Positions 38,767 through 47,266 of a DNA stretch of 64,000 nt are shown piece after piece. Origin of the DNA: Nitrosopumilus sp. (lineage in GTDB: Archaea > Thermoproteota > Nitrososphaeria > Nitrososphaerales > Nitrosopumilaceae). Position 1 is the first letter of the stretch, and each line of letters opens with the position of its first letter. The translations under genes were made by a program, and so were the position numbers. The stretch is taken from assembly GCA_965205215.1 (NCBI GenBank), contig OZ242041.1, forward strand, positions 1,312,001 through 1,376,000. Reading direction: 5' to 3'. The notes beneath the pieces were generated by a model. That model made no database searches. It saw only the letters and a list, made by a program, of their open reading frames with translations, and had not been told where the DNA came from.

Positions 38767-39135
38767 TTACTCTTCTTTTCCCGGGCCGGGGGGTTCTGCG
38801 CCGCCCCCGCCGCTATTTCCGCTGCGCATCTTGCTTATCTTTATCAGGTCCGGCCCCGAGCTTGCCCCCGTCCCCGTCCCCGCGCCGTTCCTGCTGTTGC
38901 CGCGGGACTGCCACCTCAGCAGCACCTCCCTGAATGCCGCCGCGTCGGCCTCGTTCTCTGTATACATGAGGGAGGTGACCCAGAACCCCCCGTTGGCGGT
39001 CTTTCCCCCCACCGAGTTCATCCAAAAGTCGTTTGGCAGGTCTGACATCAGCTTTGAGTCAGGATCCCTCGACTCCGCGGCCCACCTGCTTGCAACAAAG
39101 CTCATCACCTTGCCGAGATCGTCCTTTTCGATCAT
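38767..39135 (-). CDS. Hypothetical protein
   Basis: MIEKDDLGK...LPNDFWMNSVGG...GFWVTSLMY; co-oriented with thyX. Confidence 0.65.
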   Translation of the reverse strand: MIEKDDLGKVMSFVASRWAAESRDPDSKLMSDLPNDFWMNSVGGKTANGGFWVTSLMYTENEADAAAFREVLLRWQSRGNSRNGAGTGTGASSGPDLIKISKMRSGNSGGGGAEPPGPGKEE

Positions 39136-39315
39136 ACCTGCACTTGTTTTGGTTGTTTTTTTAGTTTTACTGGTATTGTGCGTCGTGGCTGCGCCCCCGG
39201 CGCCTCTGCGGCGGCCTGCCGCGGCGCGATCCCGACACCTATGCCCGCGGCCCGTCCGCCCTCCCCACCCCCTGTCGTCCTTACAAGTTTTATTCCGTGT
39301 CCTAGCGTGTACTGC

Positions 39316-40371
39316 ATGGACGGCATGCTCGCAGACCTGAAAAAGGGGAGGCGCCAGGCAGTCGCAAAGGCGATCTCGCTGGTGGAAAACGACCCCGCCG
39401 GGGCGCGCAGACTGATCAAAAAAATATTCCCGCACACGGGCGACTCGGTCGTAATCGGCATAACGGGGCCCGCTGGAGCCGGCAAGAGCTCCCTCATAAA
39501 CAAGACCGTAGTCGCGCTGAACCGCATGGGCGCCAAGCCTGCGGTGCTTGCAGTGGATCCCACCAGTCACATCACGGGCGGCGCCATCCTAGGGGACCGC
39601 GTCAGGATGGCGGAGTCCGCCGATTCGGGGACGTACATCCGCAGCATCGCGTCTAGGGGGGCGACGGGGGCAGTCTCCTCGTCACTGCGCAACAGCATAC
39701 GCGTGCTGGAGTACGCGGGGTTTGATCCCATAATGATCGAGAGCGTCGGGGCAGGACAGACCGAGGTGGAGATATCCACGATGGCGGACGTTACGGTGGT
39801 CGTGTTCAACCCGCACACGGGGGACAGCATACAGGCGATAAAGGCGGGGCTGACTGAGATCGGGGACATGTACTTGGTGAACAAGTGCGACCTGGAGGGG
39901 GCCGACAGGCTGTACGACGCGGTGCGCGACTTTATAGCTGACAGGGCCGAGATCGGCAGCGGCAATGACGATGCCGCTGCTGCTACCGCCGCCGCCCCAC
40001 CTGCCAAAGGCGCGGCCGCCCCCCACGGCGGCCGCAAGGGATCCGGACTCGTGCCCGGACGCGTGGTGCTAAAGACGTCTACAAAGCGCAGTCCCACGAT
40101 TGCAAAGTTTGCAAAAGCCCTGATGGAGATGGCCGCGCTGGCCAGGGCTCAAAAGACGGGGGATCTGAGACGCGCCAAGCTTGACGCGGAGCTTCGGGAG
40201 ATTATAACGTCAAACGTGCGCGCCGTGGTGGACGAGATGGTGGACTCTGACAAGGCGGCGCAGAGGTATATCGGGAGGCTCGCGTCCGGCAAGTCAAGCC
40301 CGCTTGACGCCGCAGACCGGCTTACAGAATCGCTTCTTGGCAGCGGCAGCAGCAGTCGCCGCCGCCCCTAG
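39316..40371 (+). CDS. meaB: Methylmalonyl-CoA mutase-associated GTPase
   Basis: GITGPAGAGKSS, AVDPTS..GGAILGDRVRM, ESVGAGQ, NKCD. Confidence 0.93.
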   Translation: MDGMLADLKKGRRQAVAKAISLVENDPAGARRLIKKIFPHTGDSVVIGITGPAGAGKSSLINKTVVALNRMGAKPAVLAVDPTSHITGGAILGDRVRMAESADSGTYIRSIASRGATGAVSSSLRNSIRVLEYAGFDPIMIESVGAGQTEVEISTMADVTVVVFNPHTGDSIQAIKAGLTEIGDMYLVNKCDLEGADRLYDAVRDFIADRAEIGSGNDDAAAATAAAPPAKGAAAPHGGRKGSGLVPGRVVLKTSTKRSPTIAKFAKALMEMAALARAQKTGDLRRAKLDAELREIITSNVRAVVDEMVDSDKAAQRYIGRLASGKSSPLDAADRLTESLLGSGSSSRRRP

Positions 40372-40519
40372 TCGGATTCCTGGCTTTTACGGCCGCCTGC
40401 AACGCGTGCCCGCGTGCGGCTTGGCTGCCCCCACTCCTTCCCTGTGCCCGTCCTGTGCTGCAGCGCCCGCGCCAGCCGACGATCTTAGATTTTTAAACCC
40501 GTCGTACGCAGGCGAAGTG

Positions 40520-42142
40520 ATGGCAGCGGGCGCCACGGCAAAGCGGGGCAGCAAGAAGGCGGCGGCCCCCAACCCCTTTACAGACTCAAACTTTGAGGTC
40601 AAGCGCATCTATTCGCGCAAGAAAAGCGGCACCGCGGCAGCGGCAGGGGACGCGGGCCGGTACCCCTTCACCCGCGGGATACATCCTGGAATGTACCGCG
40701 ACAGGCTGTGGACCATGCGGCAGTATTCCGGGTTCGGGGACGCCAAACTGACAAACGAGCGCTTCAAGTTCATGCTGGAGAAGGGGCAGACCGGGCTCAG
40801 CATGGCCTTTGATCTTCCCACCCAGATCGGATACGACTCCGACTCCCCGCAGGCCGAGGGCGAGGTAGGCAAAGTCGGCGTCTCGATCACGTCCGTGCGG
40901 GACATGCTCCGGGCGTTTGACGGCATACCCCTCGGCAAGGTCAGCACGTCCATGACGATAAACTCTACCGCGTCCACACTGCTTGCATATTATATCGCGG
41001 TGGGCGAATCCCAAGGCTTTGAGCCCGCGCAGCTGCGCGGCACCACACAGAACGACATACTCAAGGAGTACATTGCAAGGAACACGTACATCTACCCGCC
41101 GGCCCCATCGATGCGGCTCATCGGGGACATGATCGAGTACTGCGCCAGGGAGGTGCCCTCGTGGTATCCGGTATCGATATCCGGGTATCACATGAGGGAG
41201 GCGGGGTGCACCGCCACGCAGGAGGTTGCCTTTACACTTGCCAACGCAATCGCATACATCGAGACCTGCCTTGAGCGCGGACTGAAGATTGACGACTTTG
41301 CCCCGAGGCTGTCGTTCTTCTTCTGCTGCACGATAGAGTTCTTTGAGGAGGTGGCAAAGTTCAGGGTGGCCCGCACCGTGTACGCCAAGATTCTCAGGGA
41401 GATGTTCCACGCGAGAAACCCAAAGTCGCTGCAGCTAAAGTTTCACACCCAGACAAGCGGCGAGTCTCTGACGGCGCAGCAGCCTGACAACAACATAGTC
41501 CGAGTGGCAATCCAGACCATGGCGGCCGTCATGGGCGGCACCCAGTCGCTCCACACGAACTCGCGCGACGAGGCGCTTGCTCTTCCGACGCAGGAGTCGG
41601 CCAAGATTGCACTGCGCACGCAGCAGATCGTGGCCCACGAGTCGGGCATCACAAAGACGGTGGATCCGATGGCCGGCTCGCACTACCTGGAGGATCTCTG
41701 CTCCAAGATGGAGGACGCGGTGTGGAAGTACCTCAGAAGGATCCGTAAGATGGGCGGCTCCGTCCGGGCGATCGAGCGCGGCTTCTTCCAGTCGGAGATA
41801 AGGCAGAATGCATACAGGCTCAAAAAGGAGGCCGACGACGGCGAGCGCGTCGTGGTCGGGGTCAACCGGTACGAGGATCCGGACGAGAGGCAGCCGGATC
41901 TGCTCCGGGTCGGGCTCAAGGTGGAGCGCCAGCAGAAGAAGGATCTCAAGCAGCTCCGGGCGTCCAGGGACGCGGGCCGGTGGTCCCGGTCCATGTCGGC
42001 CCTGTCCGGAGCGGCCGAGGACAGCGGCACGAACCTGATGCCGTACATCATCGACGCCGCAAGGGCGTCGGCCACCACCGGGGAGATAAGCAACGCATTT
42101 AGAGAGGTGTTCGGGCAGTACGAGCCGAAAGAGGTGTTCTGA
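40520..42142 (+). CDS. Methylmalonyl-CoA mutase, large (substrate-binding) subunit
   Basis: YPFTRG, WTMRQYSGF, QNDILKEY, ISGYH.REAG, TQSLHTN. Confidence 0.95.
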   Translation: MAAGATAKRGSKKAAAPNPFTDSNFEVKRIYSRKKSGTAAAAGDAGRYPFTRGIHPGMYRDRLWTMRQYSGFGDAKLTNERFKFMLEKGQTGLSMAFDLPTQIGYDSDSPQAEGEVGKVGVSITSVRDMLRAFDGIPLGKVSTSMTINSTASTLLAYYIAVGESQGFEPAQLRGTTQNDILKEYIARNTYIYPPAPSMRLIGDMIEYCAREVPSWYPVSISGYHMREAGCTATQEVAFTLANAIAYIETCLERGLKIDDFAPRLSFFFCCTIEFFEEVAKFRVARTVYAKILREMFHARNPKSLQLKFHTQTSGESLTAQQPDNNIVRVAIQTMAAVMGGTQSLHTNSRDEALALPTQESAKIALRTQQIVAHESGITKTVDPMAGSHYLEDLCSKMEDAVWKYLRRIRKMGGSVRAIERGFFQSEIRQNAYRLKKEADDGERVVVGVNRYEDPDERQPDLLRVGLKVERQQKKDLKQLRASRDAGRWSRSMSALSGAAEDSGTNLMPYIIDAARASATTGEISNAFREVFGQYEPKEVF

Positions 42143-42148
42143 CTGGAC

Positions 42149-42544
42149 ATGAGGATAGACCACGTGGCAATCGCCGTAAACGATCTGGACGAGGCCGCGC
42201 GCACCTACAAGGAGGCGCTGGGGGCCGACTCCGTCGAGTTTGAGACCGTGGAGTCGGAGGGCGTCCGCGTGGGGATAATCCGCATGGAGAACGGGCGCAT
42301 AGAGCTGATGCAGCCGGTGGGCGACTCGAGCCCGATCAGAAAGTTCCTCGATACGCGCGGGCAGGGGCTGCACCACGTCGCCCTTGAGACCTCCGATATA
42401 GAGGGCGAGGTGGGCCGCATGAAGGACGCGGGCGTCAGGTTCTTGGGGGACGTCAGGCCCGGTTCTGAGGGCACCATGGTGACGTTCGTGCACCCAAAGT
42501 CGCTGTGCGGCGTGCTTGCCGAGCTGTGCTCGCACCCGAAATAG
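42149..42544 (+). CDS. mce: Methylmalonyl-CoA epimerase
   Basis: IDHVAIAV, IELMQP, GLHHVAL, FVHPKS..GVL.EL; adjacent to the mutase. Confidence 0.94.
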   Translation: MRIDHVAIAVNDLDEAARTYKEALGADSVEFETVESEGVRVGIIRMENGRIELMQPVGDSSPIRKFLDTRGQGLHHVALETSDIEGEVGRMKDAGVRFLGDVRPGSEGTMVTFVHPKSLCGVLAELCSHPK

Positions 42545-43105
42545 TCATTCCATCATCTTTAGCGTGTCAGACGCCGTGATTATTCCTATTATCTTGGACT
42601 TTTTTGAGACCATTATGCACTTGGAGTAGCGTATGAGCGGAACCAGGGCCCTCGCAGGCGTGTTGTAGTCCACGATGGGGGGAGCGGGCTCCATGGCCTC
42701 CCCCAGCTTGGTGCTCTTGAGGCTGTGCTCGCCGGCATCGGTGATGCGCTTCACTATGCCGTCCTCCGTGATGACCCCGACCACCCTCGAGTCGCCCTCG
42801 AATATGGGGATCTGGCTTATGGAGTGCTCGTCCATCTTCTCTATCGCCTCGTGCAGCGTGCAGTCGGGGTTTAGTATGATCATGTCCCTGCTGCAAAAAT
42901 CGCCCGCGCGGTGGGGATCCGCCGAGTCCTCCAGCTTGGCCAGGGCGTCGAATATCTTCCTTGCGGTGTCATAGCTGGGTTTTGTGCGCCCCGACTCGAT
43001 CTGGTTTATCATTGAGGTGCTCACGCCCGTCATGTCCGCGAGCTTTTTCTGCGTGGCCCCCGCCTTGAGCCTCAGTTGCTTGATCGTGTCTATCCTCGGC
43101 AGCAC
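42545..43105 (-). CDS. XRE-HTH + CBS domain protein
   Basis: TQKKLA..GVS.S.I.QIESG followed by a CBS pair. Confidence 0.9.
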   Translation of the reverse strand: MLPRIDTIKQLRLKAGATQKKLADMTGVSTSMINQIESGRTKPSYDTARKIFDALAKLEDSADPHRAGDFCSRDMIILNPDCTLHEAIEKMDEHSISQIPIFEGDSRVVGVITEDGIVKRITDAGEHSLKSTKLGEAMEPAPPIVDYNTPARALVPLIRYSKCIMVSKKSKIIGIITASDTLKMME

Positions 43106-43157
43106 GGAATGGTGGAGGGGCGGTCTCTATTTTTTGTTTGTGAGAATGCGGGGGAGC

Positions 43158-43272
43158 GGTTGGAGTGAGGGGCGGTGTGGAATGGTGTGGAGTGGTGCAG
43201 TGTGAAGTGGAGCGACGTGGAGTGATGTGGGGTAATGTGTAATGATGCGGAGTGGTGTGGAGCGGAGCCGGT
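43158..43272. repeat. Degenerate (TGGAG/TGGTG)n minisatellite
   Basis: gtggaatggt gtggagtggt gtgaagtgga ... with 5/10-bp periodicity, intergenic. Confidence 0.6.
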
Positions 43273-43287
43273 GCGGCAGCGCTGTCA

Positions 43288-45978
43288 CTATTTTTTTCCC
43301 TTGGATTTCTTTTTTCCCTTGGAGAGCGCCTTTTGTTTGACGGCTGCCTGCGCGGCGGCCACGATCGCGATCGGTATGCGGTGCGGGGACGCGCTCACGT
43401 AGCTTAGGGACTCGTCGTGGCAGAACACGACAGAGTCGGGGTCGCCCCCGTGCTCTCCGCATATGCCGATCTCCATGTCTTTGCGGGCCTTGCGTCCTAG
43501 GAGTATGCCCTGCCTCATCAGCCGGCCCACCCCGCTTCTGTCGATTGACTGGAACGGGTTCTGCTCTAGCAGCCCCTTGTCCATGTATTCGGGCAGGAAC
43601 TTGCCCTCCACGTCCTCCCTGCTGAAGCTGAACGTGCCCTGCGTGAGGTCGTTTGTCCCAAAGCTAAAGAACTCCGCCGTCTGGGCAAGATGGTCTGCCG
43701 TCAACGCGGCCCTGACCACCTCTATCATGGTCCCGAAGTTTATGTTCAGCCTGAGCCCGCCGTTTGCCTCTTCGACCTCGCGTTTTACCTCGTCGTATAT
43801 CTGCTTGATGTGGTCCAGTTCCTCGACGCTGCTTATCTGCGGTATCATTATCTGCGGCTTTGCCTTTGTTCCCTTTTTGGCGAGCGCGGCGAGCGCCTCG
43901 AAGACGGCCCGTATCTGCATGCGGTATATCTCCGGGTATGTGACCCCAACCCTCACGCCGCGGTGCCCCATCATCGGGTTTATCTCCGCCAGCTCCCTTG
44001 CGCGCTCCAGGACGGTTCTTGCCTCCTCCAGGTCGGACTTTGACGCCTTGCCCTTGCCGCCCTCCATGCTCTTGACCTTTGCGGCCTGCGCCTCGGGGTT
44101 TGGCAGAAACTCGTGGAGCGGCGGATCAAGCAGCCTGATCGTGACAGGGTAGCCCTCCATTGCAGTTAGTATCTTTACAAAGTCGCTCTTTTGGAGCCTG
44201 CCGAGCCGCTTGAGGAGCTTTTCGCGCTGCCCCTTGTCTGCTGCCATTATCATCTTTACAAAGAGTACGAGTCTGTCGCTCTGGTTGAACATGCGTTCCG
44301 TGCGGCACAGCCCTATCCCCTGCGCCCCGTACTTGCGGGCGAGCGCGGCCGCCGCAGGCGTGTCTGCGTTGGCCCTGACGCCGAGCCTCTTTGCCTTGGC
44401 GGCCCAGTCGAGAATCTTGCTGAACTCTGGGGTGATCTCGGGCTTTATGGTGGGTATGCTCCCGGCATACACGCTGCCGGTGCTGCCGTCGATCGTAATT
44501 ATGTCGCCCTCCGATATCCGGACGCCCTCGGACGTGGTGCATCCCGTCTCCGTGATCTTGAGGTCGGCGCATCCGACTATGCACGGCTTGCCCATGCCCC
44601 TTGCTACCACCGCCGCGTGCGACGACTTGCCGCCGCGGCTGGTCAGTATTCCCAGCGATTCGAAGAACGCGGGGACGTCCTCGGGCTTTGTCTCCTCCCT
44701 TACCAGTATGACGCTGTGGCCGTCCTTGCCCATTGAGGCCGCCTTCTTGACGTCGAATATGGCCGCCCCGCTTGCGGCCCCCGGGGACGCCGCAATACCG
44801 GTGGCCAGCTTTTCATACTTTGGAATCTCAGACTGGTCGGGCATGTCGTGCAGCAGCTGCTCCAGCTGCTCCGCGTTGAGCCTGGTTATGGCCCTGTCCC
44901 TGCTTATCATCTTCTCGTTTACCATGTCTATTGACGTGCGCACCATGCTTGCCGCGTTCATCTTTGCGTTGCGGGTCTGCAGCAGGTAGAACCTGCCCTG
45001 CTCCACCGTGAACTCTATGTCCTGGGGCTCCCTGAAGTGCTTCTCAAGCATGCTGCACGTCTTTTCAAGCTGCCTGTATGACTCGGGCATCTCCGACTTC
45101 ATCTCGCTCACGTGCTTGCCGGTCCTTACGCCGGCCACCACGTCCTCGCCCTGGGCGTCCTGGAGGTAGTCGCCGTAGATCTGCCTTGAGCCGTCGCCGG
45201 GGTTTCTCGTGAATACTACGCCCGTGGCGCTGTCACTTCCCATGTTGCCAAACACCATGGCCACCACGTTGACCGCGGTGCCGGCCGCAATGTCCTTTGT
45301 AATCTTGTTCTTTGCGCGGTATACTATTGCCCTCTCCCCCATCCAGCTGTCAAACACGGCCGTAATTGCCAGCTCCAGCTGGGCCGTCGGGTCCGCCGGA
45401 AACTCGTGCCCGCTGTCGGCGCATATTTTTTTGAACGATACGGTGATCTCCTCCAGCGCGCCGGCGTCCAGGTCCGAGTCGTTCTCTGCACCCTTCTCCT
45501 TTTTCTTTGCGTTCATCACGTTGTCGAACAGCCTGTCGTCTATGCCGAACACGACCTTGCCGAAGAGCTGGACGAACCTCCTGTAAGAGTCCCATGCAAA
45601 CCTCGGGTTGGAGCTCTTCGCGGCAAGCCCCCTGACGGTCTCGTCGTTGAGGCCCAGATTCAGTATGGTGTCCATCATGCCGGGCATTGATATCGCGGCC
45701 CCGGACCTGACTGATACGAGCAGCGGGTTGTCCGGCGAGCCCCACTCCTTTCCGGTCTTCTTTGCCACCCGCGCTATGTGCTTTGAGACCTTTGTCATCA
45801 GGCCCCTTGGGAGGCTTTTGCCGTTTCGGTAGTATGCGTCGCATACCTGGGTGGTGATGGTGAATCCTGGCGGGACGGGCAGCTTCAGCCTGGTCATCTC
45901 GCAGAGCCCGGCGCCCTTGCCGCCCAGCAGCTTGCGGTTCTGCCCGTCGCCCTCTTCAAACGCGTATATCTCTTTCAT
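43288..45978 (-). CDS. ppdK: Pyruvate phosphate dikinase
   Basis: LGGKGAGL, VSVRSGA, GGKSSHAAVVAR, GIGLCRTE, FSFGTNDLTQ, CGEHGG. Confidence 0.96.
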   Translation of the reverse strand: MKEIYAFEEGDGQNRKLLGGKGAGLCEMTRLKLPVPPGFTITTQVCDAYYRNGKSLPRGLMTKVSKHIARVAKKTGKEWGSPDNPLLVSVRSGAAISMPGMMDTILNLGLNDETVRGLAAKSSNPRFAWDSYRRFVQLFGKVVFGIDDRLFDNVMNAKKKEKGAENDSDLDAGALEEITVSFKKICADSGHEFPADPTAQLELAITAVFDSWMGERAIVYRAKNKITKDIAAGTAVNVVAMVFGNMGSDSATGVVFTRNPGDGSRQIYGDYLQDAQGEDVVAGVRTGKHVSEMKSEMPESYRQLEKTCSMLEKHFREPQDIEFTVEQGRFYLLQTRNAKMNAASMVRTSIDMVNEKMISRDRAITRLNAEQLEQLLHDMPDQSEIPKYEKLATGIAASPGAASGAAIFDVKKAASMGKDGHSVILVREETKPEDVPAFFESLGILTSRGGKSSHAAVVARGMGKPCIVGCADLKITETGCTTSEGVRISEGDIITIDGSTGSVYAGSIPTIKPEITPEFSKILDWAAKAKRLGVRANADTPAAAALARKYGAQGIGLCRTERMFNQSDRLVLFVKMIMAADKGQREKLLKRLGRLQKSDFVKILTAMEGYPVTIRLLDPPLHEFLPNPEAQAAKVKSMEGGKGKASKSDLEEARTVLERARELAEINPMMGHRGVRVGVTYPEIYRMQIRAVFEALAALAKKGTKAKPQIMIPQISSVEELDHIKQIYDEVKREVEEANGGLRLNINFGTMIEVVRAALTADHLAQTAEFFSFGTNDLTQGTFSFSREDVEGKFLPEYMDKGLLEQNPFQSIDRSGVGRLMRQGILLGRKARKDMEIGICGEHGGDPDSVVFCHDESLSYVSASPHRIPIAIVAAAQAAVKQKALSKGKKKSKGKK

Positions 45979-46065
45979 GTGCCGCATTGACGGGGGCCTC
46001 CAAGGGTGTATTAAACCAACTAACCGTGCCTGGCCCCGGTGTGGCGGCCGGGCGCCGGCACCCGA

Positions 46066-46869
46066 TCAGCGCGCGGAGAGCGGTCCTGCAAGATCCATTA
46101 TGGCACTCCTCCACTGCGCCGGACCCCTCTTTATTATGCCGCTTGCGACCAGGATGCCCGCCGAGCCCAGCTCCACCGCCTTTGCAACGTCGGCGCCCGA
46201 GACCACGCCGGCCCCGCAGAGCAGCTGCGGTCTTGCGTGTGTTGTTGCCGTTATTGATGATGGCGATGACGGTTCTCTCGACGCCGCACTCGCGCGCGGT
46301 GGTTCTGACACCGCCCTTGCAGCGCCCGATATGATCTCCGGCCTTTCGGTGGAGACCGCCCTTCCCGAACCGATAAGCTCTGGAGGCTCAATGGCCACGT
46401 AGTCCGGGCCGAGCGGTACATACTTTCTGAGTTCCCTGACGTTGCGGACGCAGAGAATGGACATCATGCCCGCGTCGCGCAGCCTTTTGACTGTGGCCGC
46501 AATCTCTGCAGGCCTGATTCTGTGTTCGCTGTGGTTTATTATGCTGCCTTCGGCCCCTGCCGCCTTTAGCAGCTCGGGTATCACGTATCCGGTGGTGCTC
46601 CCGGCAGGCTGGACGTCTGCGTGCTGCGAGAGTATGCGCAGCGGCAGGCGGCGGCGAGGGCGGCGGCGCGATGAGGAGGGGCCGGCGCCGCGCCGTTCCC
46701 TCGCTATGGATGCGGCCTCCTCTGCTGCCACCCCGATCATATGCTGCGGGGGCGCCACACATACCTCGACGCCCAGCTTGGCCGCGGCGCTGTCCGCCGC
46801 TCTGACCAGCCTTCTGACTCTCGGTGCGGTCGCCACCTCCGCGTAGTTTTTGCAGTTTATGACAAGCAT
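46066..46869 (-). CDS. tpiA: Triosephosphate isomerase, archaeal type
   Basis: NCKNY, INHSEH, EPPELIGSG, CGAGV, LVASG; two low-complexity inserts. Confidence 0.93.
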   Translation of the reverse strand: MLVINCKNYAEVATAPRVRRLVRAADSAAAKLGVEVCVAPPQHMIGVAAEEAASIARERRGAGPSSSRRRPRRRLPLRILSQHADVQPAGSTTGYVIPELLKAAGAEGSIINHSEHRIRPAEIAATVKRLRDAGMMSILCVRNVRELRKYVPLGPDYVAIEPPELIGSGRAVSTERPEIISGAARAVSEPPRASAASREPSSPSSITATTHARPQLLCGAGVVSGADVAKAVELGSAGILVASGIIKRGPAQWRSAIMDLAGPLSAR

Positions 46870-46956
46870 TACGTCCCCGGTTGGTAATGCCCGCTGTTGA
46901 TTATTATATGATGCGTGCCGCCCTGCCGCCCTGCCGCTGCAACGTCTGCCATCCGG

Positions 46957-47262
46957 TCAGGCAGGGCCGGCCGCCGCCCTGGACCTGCGCGCATACGCCT
47001 TCTTCATCATCAGGACCGTGATCATCAGGATCACGGCGGCCACGTTCGTTCCTACTATGAAGACGTCGGACACGAACACGCCGTATAGCGCCCACAGGAC
47101 GGCCCCGGCCCCGATGAATATCATCAGGTAGTTTGAGACGTCCCTCAGGTGCTTTGTCTTGTACCCTTTGTAGATCTGCTCGACCCATCCGGCCAGTATC
47201 AGCACGCCGGCCAGTATCCCTATCACGTGCAGTATGTAGTCGTCGACCAGGTGGTGCTCCAC
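46957..47262 (-). CDS. SemiSWEET/PQ-loop-like small membrane protein
   Basis: 3 TM helices; QIYKGYKTK..RDVS, LWALYG, TN. Confidence 0.8.
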   Translation of the reverse strand: MEHHLVDDYILHVIGILAGVLILAGWVEQIYKGYKTKHLRDVSNYLMIFIGAGAVLWALYGVFVSDVFIVGTNVAAVILMITVLMMKKAYARRSRAAAGPA

Positions 47263-47266
47263 AGGA

